From a bacterium (GTDB lineage: Bacteria > Krumholzibacteriota > Krumholzibacteriia > LZORAL124-64-63): 64,000 nt of DNA. The stretch covers positions 1 through 64,000 of the forward strand of contig JANOEP010000027.1 of NCBI GenBank assembly GCA_031441465.1, in the 5' to 3' direction. How positions within the stretch are numbered: position 1 is the stretch's first letter; the number at the start of each line of letters is the position of its first letter. A model generated the notes under the pieces. The model was not told where the DNA came from, did not search any database, and worked only from the letters and a program-made list of their open reading frames with translations. A program made the translations under genes and the position numbers. Below are positions 36,384 through 46,453 of the stretch, one piece after another.

Positions 36384-37958
36384 TCAGCCTCGTCCCTGCA
36401 GCTTGCGGTCGCGCCAGTGCGACCGGCGCCCGCCCGGGACCGGAGAAGTCAAGGGCCGTTCGCTCACCGGACCGGCCGCCTCGGGGCCGTCATCGCCGAT
36501 TTCCGGCGGCGCGCCGGCTGCCAATTCGAGTTCGCGCCGGCGTGCCTCGAGCCCGGTCAGGTAGCCGTAGAGATCGCCCTCGGGCCCTTCCCGCACCACG
36601 AAGGCCTGGGGCGACTCCGGGAACTCGGCCTGCAGCCGCGCGGTCTGCACCGCCGCGGAATCCGGCAAGGCCAGATGGTCGCGGTAGATCAAGGCGGCGC
36701 CGTAGAGGCCGCGCACGGCGGCGGCGCTGTCCTGCGCCGCCGCCGCGGCCACTTCGAGGTAGGCGTCCAACGCGAGCCGCGGCCGGTCGAGTGCGAACAG
36801 CAGGACGTTGGCCATGCTCAAACGCAAGGCGGGCTTCTGGTCCTCGCCGGCGGTGCCGAGCCGTTGCTCGGCGGCCAGGTAGCGGTTGAGTTCGGCGTCG
36901 AGCCGGCGGCAGCGCTGCTCGTCCTCCAGGACGTTCGCGTTGCGCAGGGCGTCGCGGAACTGCTGCCGGGCCTCCTCGATCTTCCACTGCTTCAGGTAGA
37001 TCTCCCCGAGCATCTCGGCCAGCCGCGCCGGCACCTCGCCGGCGCGCCACTCCACGGGGAGGTTCTCCAGCAACGGGGCCGCTTCCTCGGACTTCCCGCG
37101 GGCGATCAGGACCTCGGCCTGAGCCAGGGCCACCACGCCGTCCTTCCCGTAGAGTTCGGCCTCCTGCTTCAACTGGGTGACCAGATCCGCGGCCTCGTCG
37201 TGGCGCCCGAGCCGCGCCAGGCAGCGGGCCTGCAGCAGGCGCGCGTCGAACAGCTCGCCCTTGTCCCCGCCGACGGCGGCGACGGCCTCCAGCCGGCCGC
37301 GGGCCTCGTCGTACTCCCCCAGCTCCCAGTAGCAACGGGCCAGCTTGGTGCCGACGGCTGCCGCTTCGCCCCGGTCGGCGTGCCGGTCGAGATAATCGCG
37401 GAAGCGGTCGCGGGCGTCCGCCCAGGCCTCCATCGCCAGGGCGTTTTCGCCGCCGACGCGCAGCGCTTCGGCCTGGAATTCCGACTCGGGGAAGGCCTGC
37501 TCGAGCTGGGCGAGGTAGTTGCTGCTGCCGCCGACATCGCCCACCAGCAGGTGGCTCACGGCCTGGAGGTACAGGGCCTCCTCCAAATGAGGCGTGGCCG
37601 GGAAGTTCGAGACCAGCAGTTCCAGCTGGGTGATGGCCATGCGGTGGGACTCGAGGCGGTGGTACGCCTTCGCCATCAGGAACAGGGCGTCGTCGGTGAG
37701 GGCGTGGCCCGGGTATTCGTCCAGGATGATCTGGCACTTCTTGATGCAGCGCTGGTATTCCAGGGCCTGTTGCGACGTGGGTGTGGCGGGGTCCAGGCCC
37801 TGCTTGATGCGGTCGCCGCGCACCAGTTCGGCGGTCGTGAAGGCCTTCTTGGCATTGTAGAAGGTGTTGAAGCGGGCGCAACCCGCGCCGCAGGCCAGCA
37901 ACGCCAGGACGAGCAGGGCGGCGGTCGGTTTCCGATGCCGGTACCACATCGCGATCAT
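36384..37958 (-). CDS. TPR-repeat lipoprotein
   Basis: Lipobox GAG|C followed by RFNTFYNA and many TPR units (DDALFLMAKAY, EALYLQA, FPES). Confidence 0.8.
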   Translation of the reverse strand: MIAMWYRHRKPTAALLVLALLACGAGCARFNTFYNAKKAFTTAELVRGDRIKQGLDPATPTSQQALEYQRCIKKCQIILDEYPGHALTDDALFLMAKAYHRLESHRMAITQLELLVSNFPATPHLEEALYLQAVSHLLVGDVGGSSNYLAQLEQAFPESEFQAEALRVGGENALAMEAWADARDRFRDYLDRHADRGEAAAVGTKLARCYWELGEYDEARGRLEAVAAVGGDKGELFDARLLQARCLARLGRHDEAADLVTQLKQEAELYGKDGVVALAQAEVLIARGKSEEAAPLLENLPVEWRAGEVPARLAEMLGEIYLKQWKIEEARQQFRDALRNANVLEDEQRCRRLDAELNRYLAAEQRLGTAGEDQKPALRLSMANVLLFALDRPRLALDAYLEVAAAAAQDSAAAVRGLYGAALIYRDHLALPDSAAVQTARLQAEFPESPQAFVVREGPEGDLYGYLTGLEARRRELELAAGAPPEIGDDGPEAAGPVSERPLTSPVPGGRRSHWRDRKLQGRG

Positions 37959-37998
37959 CCATTCCCAGGGGTCGTCACAGAACTGGATCGGTACGCTC

Positions 37999-39309
37999 TC
38001 AGTCCCCGTCGCGGTAGGTCGACCGGCCGCGCAGGAAGGTCGCCTTGACGCGCCCGATCAGCTTCTGACCGCCGTACGGGGTGTTCTTGCTCTTGGACCG
38101 CAGCGCCTCGGGCTGCACGGTCCACTCCTCTTCCGGGTCGAAGAGCAGGAAGTCGGCCTCCCCGCCCTCCTCGAGCCGTCCGCACGGCAGCCCGTAGGTC
38201 GCCGCGGCGCGCGCGCTCATCCGCTCCACCAGCTGGCCGAGGCCCAGCTTGCCGGTCCGGACCAGGTGAGTATGGCAGACCGCGAGCGCGGTCTCCAGTC
38301 CGACCACGCCGAAGGGCGCCTGGTCGAACATCAGTTCCTTCTCCATCGCCGTGTGCGGCGCGTGGTCGCTGGCGATGCAGTCCAGCACGCCGTCGACGAG
38401 CCCCTGGGTCACGGCCTCGATGTCCTCCTGCTCGCGCAGCGGCGGGTTCATCTTGAACAGCGGCGAGAAGTCCCGGCAGCACGAGTGGTCCAGGGACAAG
38501 TGGTGGGGCGTCACCTCGGCGGTGACGTGGACGCCCTGTTCCCGCGCGCGGCGGATGATCTCGACGGTGCCCCGGGTCGAAACGTGGGCGACGTGCAGGT
38601 GGCCGCCGGTGGTGCGGGCCAGCTCGACGTCGCGGAAGACCATCACGTCCTCGGCCAGCCGCGGCAGCCCGGCCAGACCCAGTTTCGTCGACCAGTAGCC
38701 GGCGTGCATGACGCCCTTGCCGGCCAGGGTCGCGTCCTCGGCGTGCGAGGTCACGGGTACGCCCAGCATCCGCGCGTACTGCAGGGCGTACTGCATGAGT
38801 TTGCCGTGCATGACCGGCTGCCCGTCGTCGGTAAAGCCGACGGCCCCGGCCTTGACGAGGTCGCCGAACTCGGTGAGCGACTCGCCCTCCTGCCCCTTGC
38901 TGATCGCCGCGGTGGGGAAGACCCGGCAGAGGCCGGTCTCCTCGGCGCGGTCCAGGATGTAGCGCACCATCGGCGCGTCGTCCACCGGCGGGCGGGTGTT
39001 CGGCATGGTCACCACGGCCGTGAAGCCGCCCGCCGCCGCCGCGCGCGAGCCGGTGGCGATCGTCTCCTTCTCCTCCTGGCCGGGCTCGCGGAAGTGCACG
39101 TGGACGTCGACGAGGCCGGGCGCGCAGACCAGGCCGCCGCCGTCGAGCACGGGCAGGTCCTCGCGCGACGGCGCGCCCAGGCCCAGCGCCTCGACGCGGC
39201 CCTTCTGCACGTGCAGGAAGCCCGGCCGCTCGGACAGCGTCCCGTCGCGGCACAGGCGCACGTTCGCGACCAGGTACTCGGCGGGGATCCGCTTCCAGTT
39301 CCACTCCAT
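37999..39309 (-). CDS. pyrC: Dihydroorotase
   Basis: DVHVHFREPG, MPNT.P, HVS, EVTPHHL, KMNPPLR and ASDHAPH. Confidence 0.95.
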   Translation of the reverse strand: MEWNWKRIPAEYLVANVRLCRDGTLSERPGFLHVQKGRVEALGLGAPSREDLPVLDGGGLVCAPGLVDVHVHFREPGQEEKETIATGSRAAAAGGFTAVVTMPNTRPPVDDAPMVRYILDRAEETGLCRVFPTAAISKGQEGESLTEFGDLVKAGAVGFTDDGQPVMHGKLMQYALQYARMLGVPVTSHAEDATLAGKGVMHAGYWSTKLGLAGLPRLAEDVMVFRDVELARTTGGHLHVAHVSTRGTVEIIRRAREQGVHVTAEVTPHHLSLDHSCCRDFSPLFKMNPPLREQEDIEAVTQGLVDGVLDCIASDHAPHTAMEKELMFDQAPFGVVGLETALAVCHTHLVRTGKLGLGQLVERMSARAAATYGLPCGRLEEGGEADFLLFDPEEEWTVQPEALRSKSKNTPYGGQKLIGRVKATFLRGRSTYRDGD

Positions 39310-39311
39310 GG

Positions 39312-40276
<965 letters not shown>

Positions 40277-40280
<4 letters not shown>

Positions 40281-40828
40281 CCCTCCTGCACCTCCCCGAC
40301 GACGACTTCCTGGCGATCGTCGTACTCCTTCACCTTGACCTTGATGATCTCCTTCTGGGAGGTGGGGACGTTCTTGCCCACGAAGTCCGGTCGGATGGGC
40401 AGCTCGCGGTGCCCGCGGTCGATGAGCACCGCCAGACGGATCGCGCGCGGCCGGCCCCAGTCCATGATCACGTCGAGCGCGGCGCGCACCGTGCGGCCGG
40501 TGTACAGCACGTCGTCGATCAGGATGACGTTCTTGTCGGTGACGTCCATCGGCACGGTGGTCTCGTTGATCCGCGGCGCCGGACCGATCGTCGACAGGTC
40601 GTCGCGGTAGAACGTGATGTCGATGGCGCCGAGCGGCACCTCGACCCCCTCCACCTTGCGGATCGCCTCGCCGATCAACGCCGCCAGCGGCACGCCGCGG
40701 CGCTGCACGCCCAGCAGCACCAGGTCCGTCGTCCCCTTGTTCGCCTCGATGATCTCGTGGGCGATGCGGGTCAGCGCGCGGCCGACCTCGCTGCCGTTCA
40801 TGATGGTGGTCTTCTCGACGAAGGACAT
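40277..40828 (-). CDS. pyrR: Bifunctional pyr attenuation regulator / UPRTase
   Basis: [27 protein letters not shown] and [12 protein letters not shown]. Confidence 0.96.
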
Positions 40829-40861
40829 CTCTTCACCCCTCCCGGGGGCGTCGCCGGACAC

Positions 40862-40946
40862 AAAAAAAGGCAGGGCCTGAACGCACCCGTGCCAGCCTGG
40901 TTCCGGTTCCGCCTCCTTTTGGGCCTCGCGGGGCCGCATTAAAAGG
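40862..40946 (-). promoter_or_regulatory. PyrR-binding loop and attenuator terminator
   Basis: CCUUUUAAUGC-GGCCCCGCGAGGCC-CAAAAGG (compare ARUCCNGNGAGGYU), followed by GGCACGGG..CCCUGCC-UUUUUUU. Confidence 0.85.
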
Positions 40947-41039
40947 ACAGCCGCTACTGTCTCGGGGCGAATCTAGCAGATCGCCGGCGCGGGCGCAAGA
41001 GCCACCTCCGGGCCGGTCCGTCCCCGGACCGGGCCGCCG

Positions 41040-42056
41040 CTAGACTTCCCGGTCCGCACACAGCTGCAGGTCCGCCTCGCTCTTGACCTCGGCCAGGACG
41101 GCGAGCATCTGCTCGCCGGTCTCGGTGGCGAACAGGCGGCGGCGGATGGCCGCCGCGCCCGGGAAACCCCGGAAGTAGCGCACGACGTGCTTGCGCACCA
41201 CGTGCGAGCCGATGCGCTCCCCCTTCAGACGGCATTCCTCGACGATGTGCCGGTCGACGGTGGCGAAGATCTCGGCCAGAGTCGGCGGCGCGAATTCCCG
41301 CAGGCCCTCGGCGGCGTCCATCGCCGCGAAGAGCCACGGGTCGCCGGTGGCGGCCCGCCCCACCATGACCGCGTGGCAGCGGGTCGTGCGCACCATGCGG
41401 GCGTACGAGTCCCCGTCCACGACGTCGCCGTTGCCGATCACCGGGATGTCGAGGGTCGCCACCAGGTCCGCGATGCGCTCCCAGTCGGCCTCGCCGGAGA
41501 ATTTCTGAGCGCGGGTGCGGCCGTGCAGCGTGACCCAGGCGCAGCCCGCCTCCTGCAACGCCAGGCCCACCTCGCGATAGTTGACCGAGGCCTCGTCCCA
41601 GCCGGTGCGGATCTTGGCGCTGACCGGCGCCGGGCTCGCCGCGACGACCGCTGCCGTGATCTCCGTCAGCAGCGGCACGTCGGCGAGCAGCGCGCTGCCC
41701 CCGCATTTCGCCACGACCTTCTTGGCCGGACAGCCGAAGTTGATGTCCAGCACATCGAGCCGCCGGTTCGCCATCAGGCGGGCCGCGCCGGCCATCGCGG
41801 CGGGCTCGTTGCCGAAGATCTGCACCCCGACCAGCCCCCGCTCGCCCTCGGTGTCCACGAGCCGCCACGCCTGGGGGATGTCGTAGGTCAGGCCCTTGGC
41901 GGCGGTGAACTCGCAGAAGGCGATCCCCGCGCCGTGCTCGCGGCAGATGTCCCGGAACGCCCGGTCGGTCACGCCGGCCATGGGCGACAGGGCGGTGCGC
42001 ACGCCGGCGAACCAGGGCGTGCGGGGGTCGATGCGGACGGGCTTGCGGTCGAACAA
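41040..42056 (-). CDS. dusB: tRNA-dihydrouridine synthase
   Basis: SPMAGVTD, DINFGCP, KIRTGW, HGRT, IGNGD and MVGR. Confidence 0.9.
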   Translation of the reverse strand: MFDRKPVRIDPRTPWFAGVRTALSPMAGVTDRAFRDICREHGAGIAFCEFTAAKGLTYDIPQAWRLVDTEGERGLVGVQIFGNEPAAMAGAARLMANRRLDVLDINFGCPAKKVVAKCGGSALLADVPLLTEITAAVVAASPAPVSAKIRTGWDEASVNYREVGLALQEAGCAWVTLHGRTRAQKFSGEADWERIADLVATLDIPVIGNGDVVDGDSYARMVRTTRCHAVMVGRAATGDPWLFAAMDAAEGLREFAPPTLAEIFATVDRHIVEECRLKGERIGSHVVRKHVVRYFRGFPGAAAIRRRLFATETGEQMLAVLAEVKSEADLQLCADREV

Positions 42057-42142
42057 GGCGCTCCGATCGGTTGGCGATCCGGCGTGGCGGCGCCTCCAAT
42101 ATAGCAGGGATGCCCGTGGCTGAAAGGCCGGTCGCCGACGGG

Positions 42143-42174
42143 AAACGGGCCGCCCCCGTCGGGAGGCGGCCCGT
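42143..42174 (-). terminator. Terminator-like hairpin downstream of the secreted protein gene
   Basis: ACGGGCCGCC..GGCGGCCCGT followed by a short U run on the minus strand. Confidence 0.6.
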
Positions 42175-42195
42175 GCGCGGGTTTGGGGTCCGCGA

Positions 42196-43041
42196 CTACT
42201 TGTACATCGACTTCACTTCGCCCCAGCCGTACAGGTCGTCGACGTCCTCGGCGTCGTCTTCCTCGTCGGCGGCGGTGTCCAGCGAACCGGCCAGCGTCTT
42301 GTTGCCGCAACCGCAGTCGCCGCGGTTGAAGTCGCGCAGCTCACGGATCAGGCGCCGCGCCTCGCTCCGGGCCGAGTGCGACAGGCATCCGTACCAGGGA
42401 CGCGAGCCCAGGAACGTGTCGGCGGCGGCGATCGACGACGCGGCGGTGTCCTCGACGCCGGCGGCGACGTTCAGCTTGGCGGCGATCAGCTGGCGGGCCA
42501 ACCGCATCTGCAGGGTGATCGCGGGCAGGCGCAGCACGCACAGCAGTTCCTGCTTGTTGCGCAGGTGGTTGCCGATCCGCAGCTGATTCACGGGCCATTC
42601 GTTGCAATGGCGCTTCCACCAGGCCGGGCGGTGGGCGCAGACGACCGTGGTGTTGCCGCCGCAGTCCAGGACTTGCTCGAAAGTCTTGATCGTGTCGCCG
42701 CTGGTGACGAAGGGCAGGAAGAAGGTCCCGATCACCGTGACGTTGCCCGTGAGGTCCAGCGACCACTCGCCCGCCGCTTCCATGGGGACGGCGTCGGCGT
42801 CCATCTCGAGCCGGACCGTGCCGGTGTGCTCCTCGAGCACCGCGCCGTCACGGGTCGCCGCGACAGCATATTCCACGTCGACGTAGGGGTGGCTGGTCCC
42901 GATCTTGACCAGACCTTCCATCGACCAGCCTTCGCAATCCGCCGTGGCGCTGAAGGCGTCCCAGCGGGTGGCCTGGGCGGAGGTCGCCAGGCCCGCCACC
43001 AGCAACGCCAGCAACAAAACGTTCATCTTCTTGGACATCAT
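42196..43041 (-). CDS. Secreted hypothetical protein with a C-terminal WGxVKxxY motif
   Basis: Signal peptide (..SAQA|T), a WWKRH..WP..LARQLIAAKLN domain, an acidic linker and the terminus YGWGEVKSMYK. Strong AGGAGG RBS. Confidence 0.8.
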   Translation of the reverse strand: MMSKKMNVLLLALLVAGLATSAQATRWDAFSATADCEGWSMEGLVKIGTSHPYVDVEYAVAATRDGAVLEEHTGTVRLEMDADAVPMEAAGEWSLDLTGNVTVIGTFFLPFVTSGDTIKTFEQVLDCGGNTTVVCAHRPAWWKRHCNEWPVNQLRIGNHLRNKQELLCVLRLPAITLQMRLARQLIAAKLNVAAGVEDTAASSIAAADTFLGSRPWYGCLSHSARSEARRLIRELRDFNRGDCGCGNKTLAGSLDTAADEEDDAEDVDDLYGWGEVKSMYK

Positions 43042-43109
43042 CGACTTCCCTCCTACGTACAAGCTATGTTGTTGGTTGATTTAGGGGTGTGGCCCTGCGC
43101 CACGGAAGA

Positions 43110-43139
43110 ATCATACATCATGCAAATATCCTAATTCAA
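43110..43139 (-). promoter_or_regulatory. Putative sigma70 promoter with an AT-rich upstream element
   Basis: TTGAAT-N18-TATGAT, with an A/T tract immediately upstream. Confidence 0.5.
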
Positions 43140-43275
43140 CAATAAAAATGTGAAATTATCAAATACACGCAGGTGGGGGCAGGGCCGCCCGGCCTTCTGG
43201 AGGAGGAATCCTGCTGGTAATTCTTTATTTTTCAACGAAACTGATGACTTCACCCTGACCGGAGCGTCCAGAGAG

Positions 43276-44382
43276 ATGGTGACGGCGAACTCCCGGATCA
43301 ATCTGGCCCTGGTCAACGGCATGAGGAGCCTCGGCGGCGCCGAACTCTGGCACCTGGACGTGGCCCACGGTCTGCGGGACCGCGGGCACCGCGTTCTGGT
43401 GGTCGGCCAACCCGGTTCGGAACTGCTGCGCCGAGCGTCGGCGTCGGGACTCGAGGTGGCCGGCGTGCCGATCCGCTGCGACGGGGCGCCTTGGACCGTG
43501 GCCCGACTCGGCCGGTTGTTCCGCTCCCACGGCACGACGGCGGTCCTCTGCAACCGCCTCAAGGACCTCAAGGCCGCGGGCGTCGCGGCGCGGCTGGCCG
43601 GGGTCGGGGTCGTCCTGAAGAGCCGCGAGAGCGACCATCCCCTGCGCCGGCGCCCGCATTACCGCTGGTACTACGACCGGGTGGCCACCGGCGTGCTCGT
43701 CAACTCGCAGGCCACGTTGCGCACGACCATGAGCAGCGCGCCCTGGCTGCGGCCCGAACGGGTCCACCTGCTGTACAAGGGCATCGACGGCGAGCGCTTC
43801 GGTGTGCAGCCGGAATCGCCGGGCCGCCTCGCGGTGGGCTTCGCCGGCAGCCTGGACGAGCGCAAGGGCGTGCCGCTGCTGATGGCGGCCTGGTCGAGGG
43901 TGCTCGCCGCGAGCGGCGGCGCCTCCCCCGTGCTGCGCCTCGCCGGCGACGGCCCGCTGCGGCCGGCGCTGGCGGCCTGGCGCGCGGGTTTGCACGATCC
44001 CGGCAGCGTCGAGTTGTCGGGTTGGGTCCAGGACATGCCGGCGTTCCACGGCGCGCTCGCGCTGCTGGCGGTCCCGTCGCGGTACGAGGGGTTCGGGCTC
44101 GCCGCCGCCGAGGCCGGAGCCTGCGGCCGGCCCGTCGTCGCGACACGGACCAGCTCCCTGCCCGAGGTGGTGCGCGACGGCGAGACAGGTCTGCTGGTGC
44201 CCCCGGGCGACCCGGACGCCCTGGCCGCCGCGATCCTGAGGTTGCTGAACGATCCCGGTCTGCGCCGTCGCCTCGGCGCGGCCGCGGCCGGGCACATCCG
44301 CACACGCTTCGACCGGGCCGCGATGCTGACCCGGCTCGAGGGCCTGCTGCGGCCCCCGCTGCGGCAAGAGGAGACGCCGTGA
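43276..44382 (+). CDS. Family 4 glycosyltransferase
   Basis: GGAE, FAGSL..RKG, PSRYEGFG..AAEA (EX7E), PEVV..GETG. Confidence 0.88.
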   Translation: MVTANSRINLALVNGMRSLGGAELWHLDVAHGLRDRGHRVLVVGQPGSELLRRASASGLEVAGVPIRCDGAPWTVARLGRLFRSHGTTAVLCNRLKDLKAAGVAARLAGVGVVLKSRESDHPLRRRPHYRWYYDRVATGVLVNSQATLRTTMSSAPWLRPERVHLLYKGIDGERFGVQPESPGRLAVGFAGSLDERKGVPLLMAAWSRVLAASGGASPVLRLAGDGPLRPALAAWRAGLHDPGSVELSGWVQDMPAFHGALALLAVPSRYEGFGLAAAEAGACGRPVVATRTSSLPEVVRDGETGLLVPPGDPDALAAAILRLLNDPGLRRRLGAAAAGHIRTRFDRAAMLTRLEGLLRPPLRQEETP

Positions 44383-45173
44383 CCAGGCTGCGCGTGGCCG
44401 CGATCCAGACCTCGCCGGTGTTCGGCGAGCCCGCCCACAACCTCGAGACGGCCCTGGCCCTGGTGCCGCCCGGCCTCGACCTGGCCGTCCTGCCCGAACT
44501 CTGCACGACCGGTTACCAGTTCCGCGATCGCGAGGAAGCGCTGGGCCTGGCCGAGACGGCCGACGGCCCGACGTCGCGGCGCCTGGCGGCGTGGGCCGCC
44601 GCGACCGGCACCACCCTGGTGGCGGGCTTCGCCGAGCGCGACGGTGATCAGCTCTACAACAGCAGCCTGCTGGTGCGGCCCGACGGCACCACGGCGTTCT
44701 ACCGCAAGGTCCACCTCTTCTGGGACGAGAAGCTCGTCTTCGCGCCGGGCGACCTCGGCTTTCCCGTCATCCCGGCCTGCGGCACGTCGGTGGGCATGAT
44801 GATCTGCTTCGACTGGATCTTTCCGGAGGCGGCCCGCACCCTGGCGCGGCGCGGCGCGAAACTCATCGCCCACCCCAGCAATCTGGTGCTGCCCCACTGC
44901 CCCGACGCGATGGTGACGCGCTGCCTGGAGAACCGCTGCTTCGCGGTGACGGCGAACCGGGTGGGCGGCGAGGAGCGGGTCGAGGGCCGGCGGCTCGAAT
45001 TCATCGGCCGCAGCCAGGTCTGCGGCCCCGGCGGTGCGCCCCTGGTGCGCCTCGGCGGCGACGTCGCGGGCGTCGCCGCGGCCGTGATCGACCTCGCCGA
45101 CGCCGACCCGCGCCTGACGCCGCGCAACGATGTGTGGGAGGATCGCCGGCCGGATCAGTACACGGACGGCTAG
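44379..45173 (+). CDS. Nitrilase-superfamily carbon-nitrogen hydrolase
   Basis: Glu-Lys-Cys triad (LPEL, YRKVHL, ICFDW). GTGA overlap with the GT4 gene. Confidence 0.9.
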   Translation: MTRLRVAAIQTSPVFGEPAHNLETALALVPPGLDLAVLPELCTTGYQFRDREEALGLAETADGPTSRRLAAWAAATGTTLVAGFAERDGDQLYNSSLLVRPDGTTAFYRKVHLFWDEKLVFAPGDLGFPVIPACGTSVGMMICFDWIFPEAARTLARRGAKLIAHPSNLVLPHCPDAMVTRCLENRCFAVTANRVGGEERVEGRRLEFIGRSQVCGPGGAPLVRLGGDVAGVAAAVIDLADADPRLTPRNDVWEDRRPDQYTDG

Positions 45174-46453
45174 GCTATGGCCTCGGCGCCGGCCCGCCAG
45201 TCCTTCGGCACCACGACCACGCCGGCCTCGGTCACCTTGAACAGGCGGTGGTCGGCCTCGCGGTCCCAGCCGATGTGCATGCCGTCGGGGATCTCGGCGC
45301 CCTTGTCGACGATGGCGCGGTGGACCGCCGCGCGCTTGCCGATGCGGGCGTTGTCCATGATCACCGAATCGACCACGTGGCAGCCGGCGTCGAGGTAGAC
45401 GTTGCGACCCAGGATCGAGCGCTCGGCGGTGCCGCCGGAGATGATGGTGCCGCCGCCGACGATCGAGCCGATCAACTGCCCGATCGGGCTGGCGCCGTCG
45501 AAGTGGTTGTGGACCGTCTTGGCGGGCGGGGCCGGCGCCATCCAGGTGCGGATCGGCCAGTCGCGGTCGTAGAGGCTGAACGGAGGCACCGGACGGATCA
45601 GGTCCATCGAGGCGGCGTAGTAGGTGTCGAGCGTGCCGATATCGCGCCAGTAGCGCGGCTGGTCGGTCTCGTGGTCGAGGAAGGGATAAGCCAACACCCC
45701 GCCTTCGCGCACCATGGCCGGGATGACGTTCTTGCCGAAGTCGTGGGCCGATCTCGGGTCGCCCGCGTCCTTCTGCAATTCGCTGACGAGGTCCTCGCGG
45801 TTGAAGACGTAGACCCCCATGTTGACCAGGCACCAGTCGGGCTTGCCGGGGATCGTCTTGGGGTCCGACGGCTTCTCCTGGAACCCGATCACCCAGCCCT
45901 TCTCGTCGACCTCCAGGATGCCGAACTCGTGGGCCTCGCTGCGCGGCACCACGACCGCGGCCAGGGTCAGGCGCGCCTTGCGGCGGGAGTGCAGGACCAT
46001 CAGCGTGGAGTAGTCCATGCGGTAGATGTGGTCGCCGGAGAGGATCAGCACGAAATCGGGCTGCTCGCGGTCGATGAGGTAGATGTTCTGGTAGATGGCG
46101 TCCGCGGTGCCGCGGTACCACATCTCGCCGACGCGATGCTGCGGCGGGATGCCGTAGAGGAACTCCCCGGCCTCGTGGTTGAAGATCTGCCAACCCTTCA
46201 ACAGGTGCTTGTCCAGCGAGTAGGACTTGTACTGCGTCAGCACGTAGATGCGGCGCAGGCCCGAATTCCAGATGTTGCTGAGCGTGAAGTCGATGATGCG
46301 GTAGTTGGCGCCGAACGGCACGCCGGGCTTGGACCGCTCGTCGGTCAGGGGCCGCAGCCGTTCGCCGCGCCCGCCGGCCATGATCATCGTCAGGGTGTGG
46401 CGCGGCAGGTCGAGGATCTTCACGGGCGAGTCCGTCTTGCTGCCGACGCTCAT
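45170..46453 (-). CDS. glgC: Glucose-1-phosphate adenylyltransferase
   Basis: AGGRGERL.PLT..RSKP, TQYKS, YRGTADA, SGDHIYRMDY, FQEKP, DFGK and YWRDIGT. Confidence 0.96.
   Translation of the reverse strand: MSVGSKTDSPVKILDLPRHTLTMIMAGGRGERLRPLTDERSKPGVPFGANYRIIDFTLSNIWNSGLRRIYVLTQYKSYSLDKHLLKGWQIFNHEAGEFLYGIPPQHRVGEMWYRGTADAIYQNIYLIDREQPDFVLILSGDHIYRMDYSTLMVLHSRRKARLTLAAVVVPRSEAHEFGILEVDEKGWVIGFQEKPSDPKTIPGKPDWCLVNMGVYVFNREDLVSELQKDAGDPRSAHDFGKNVIPAMVREGGVLAYPFLDHETDQPRYWRDIGTLDTYYAASMDLIRPVPPFSLYDRDWPIRTWMAPAPPAKTVHNHFDGASPIGQLIGSIVGGGTIISGGTAERSILGRNVYLDAGCHVVDSVIMDNARIGKRAAVHRAIVDKGAEIPDGMHIGWDREADHRLFKVTEAGVVVVPKDWRAGAEAIA

Noticed and set aside
43148..43165. ATGTGAA half-site resembling Rex or CRP boxes
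   Set aside because: The second half-site and the spacing do not fit either consensus.
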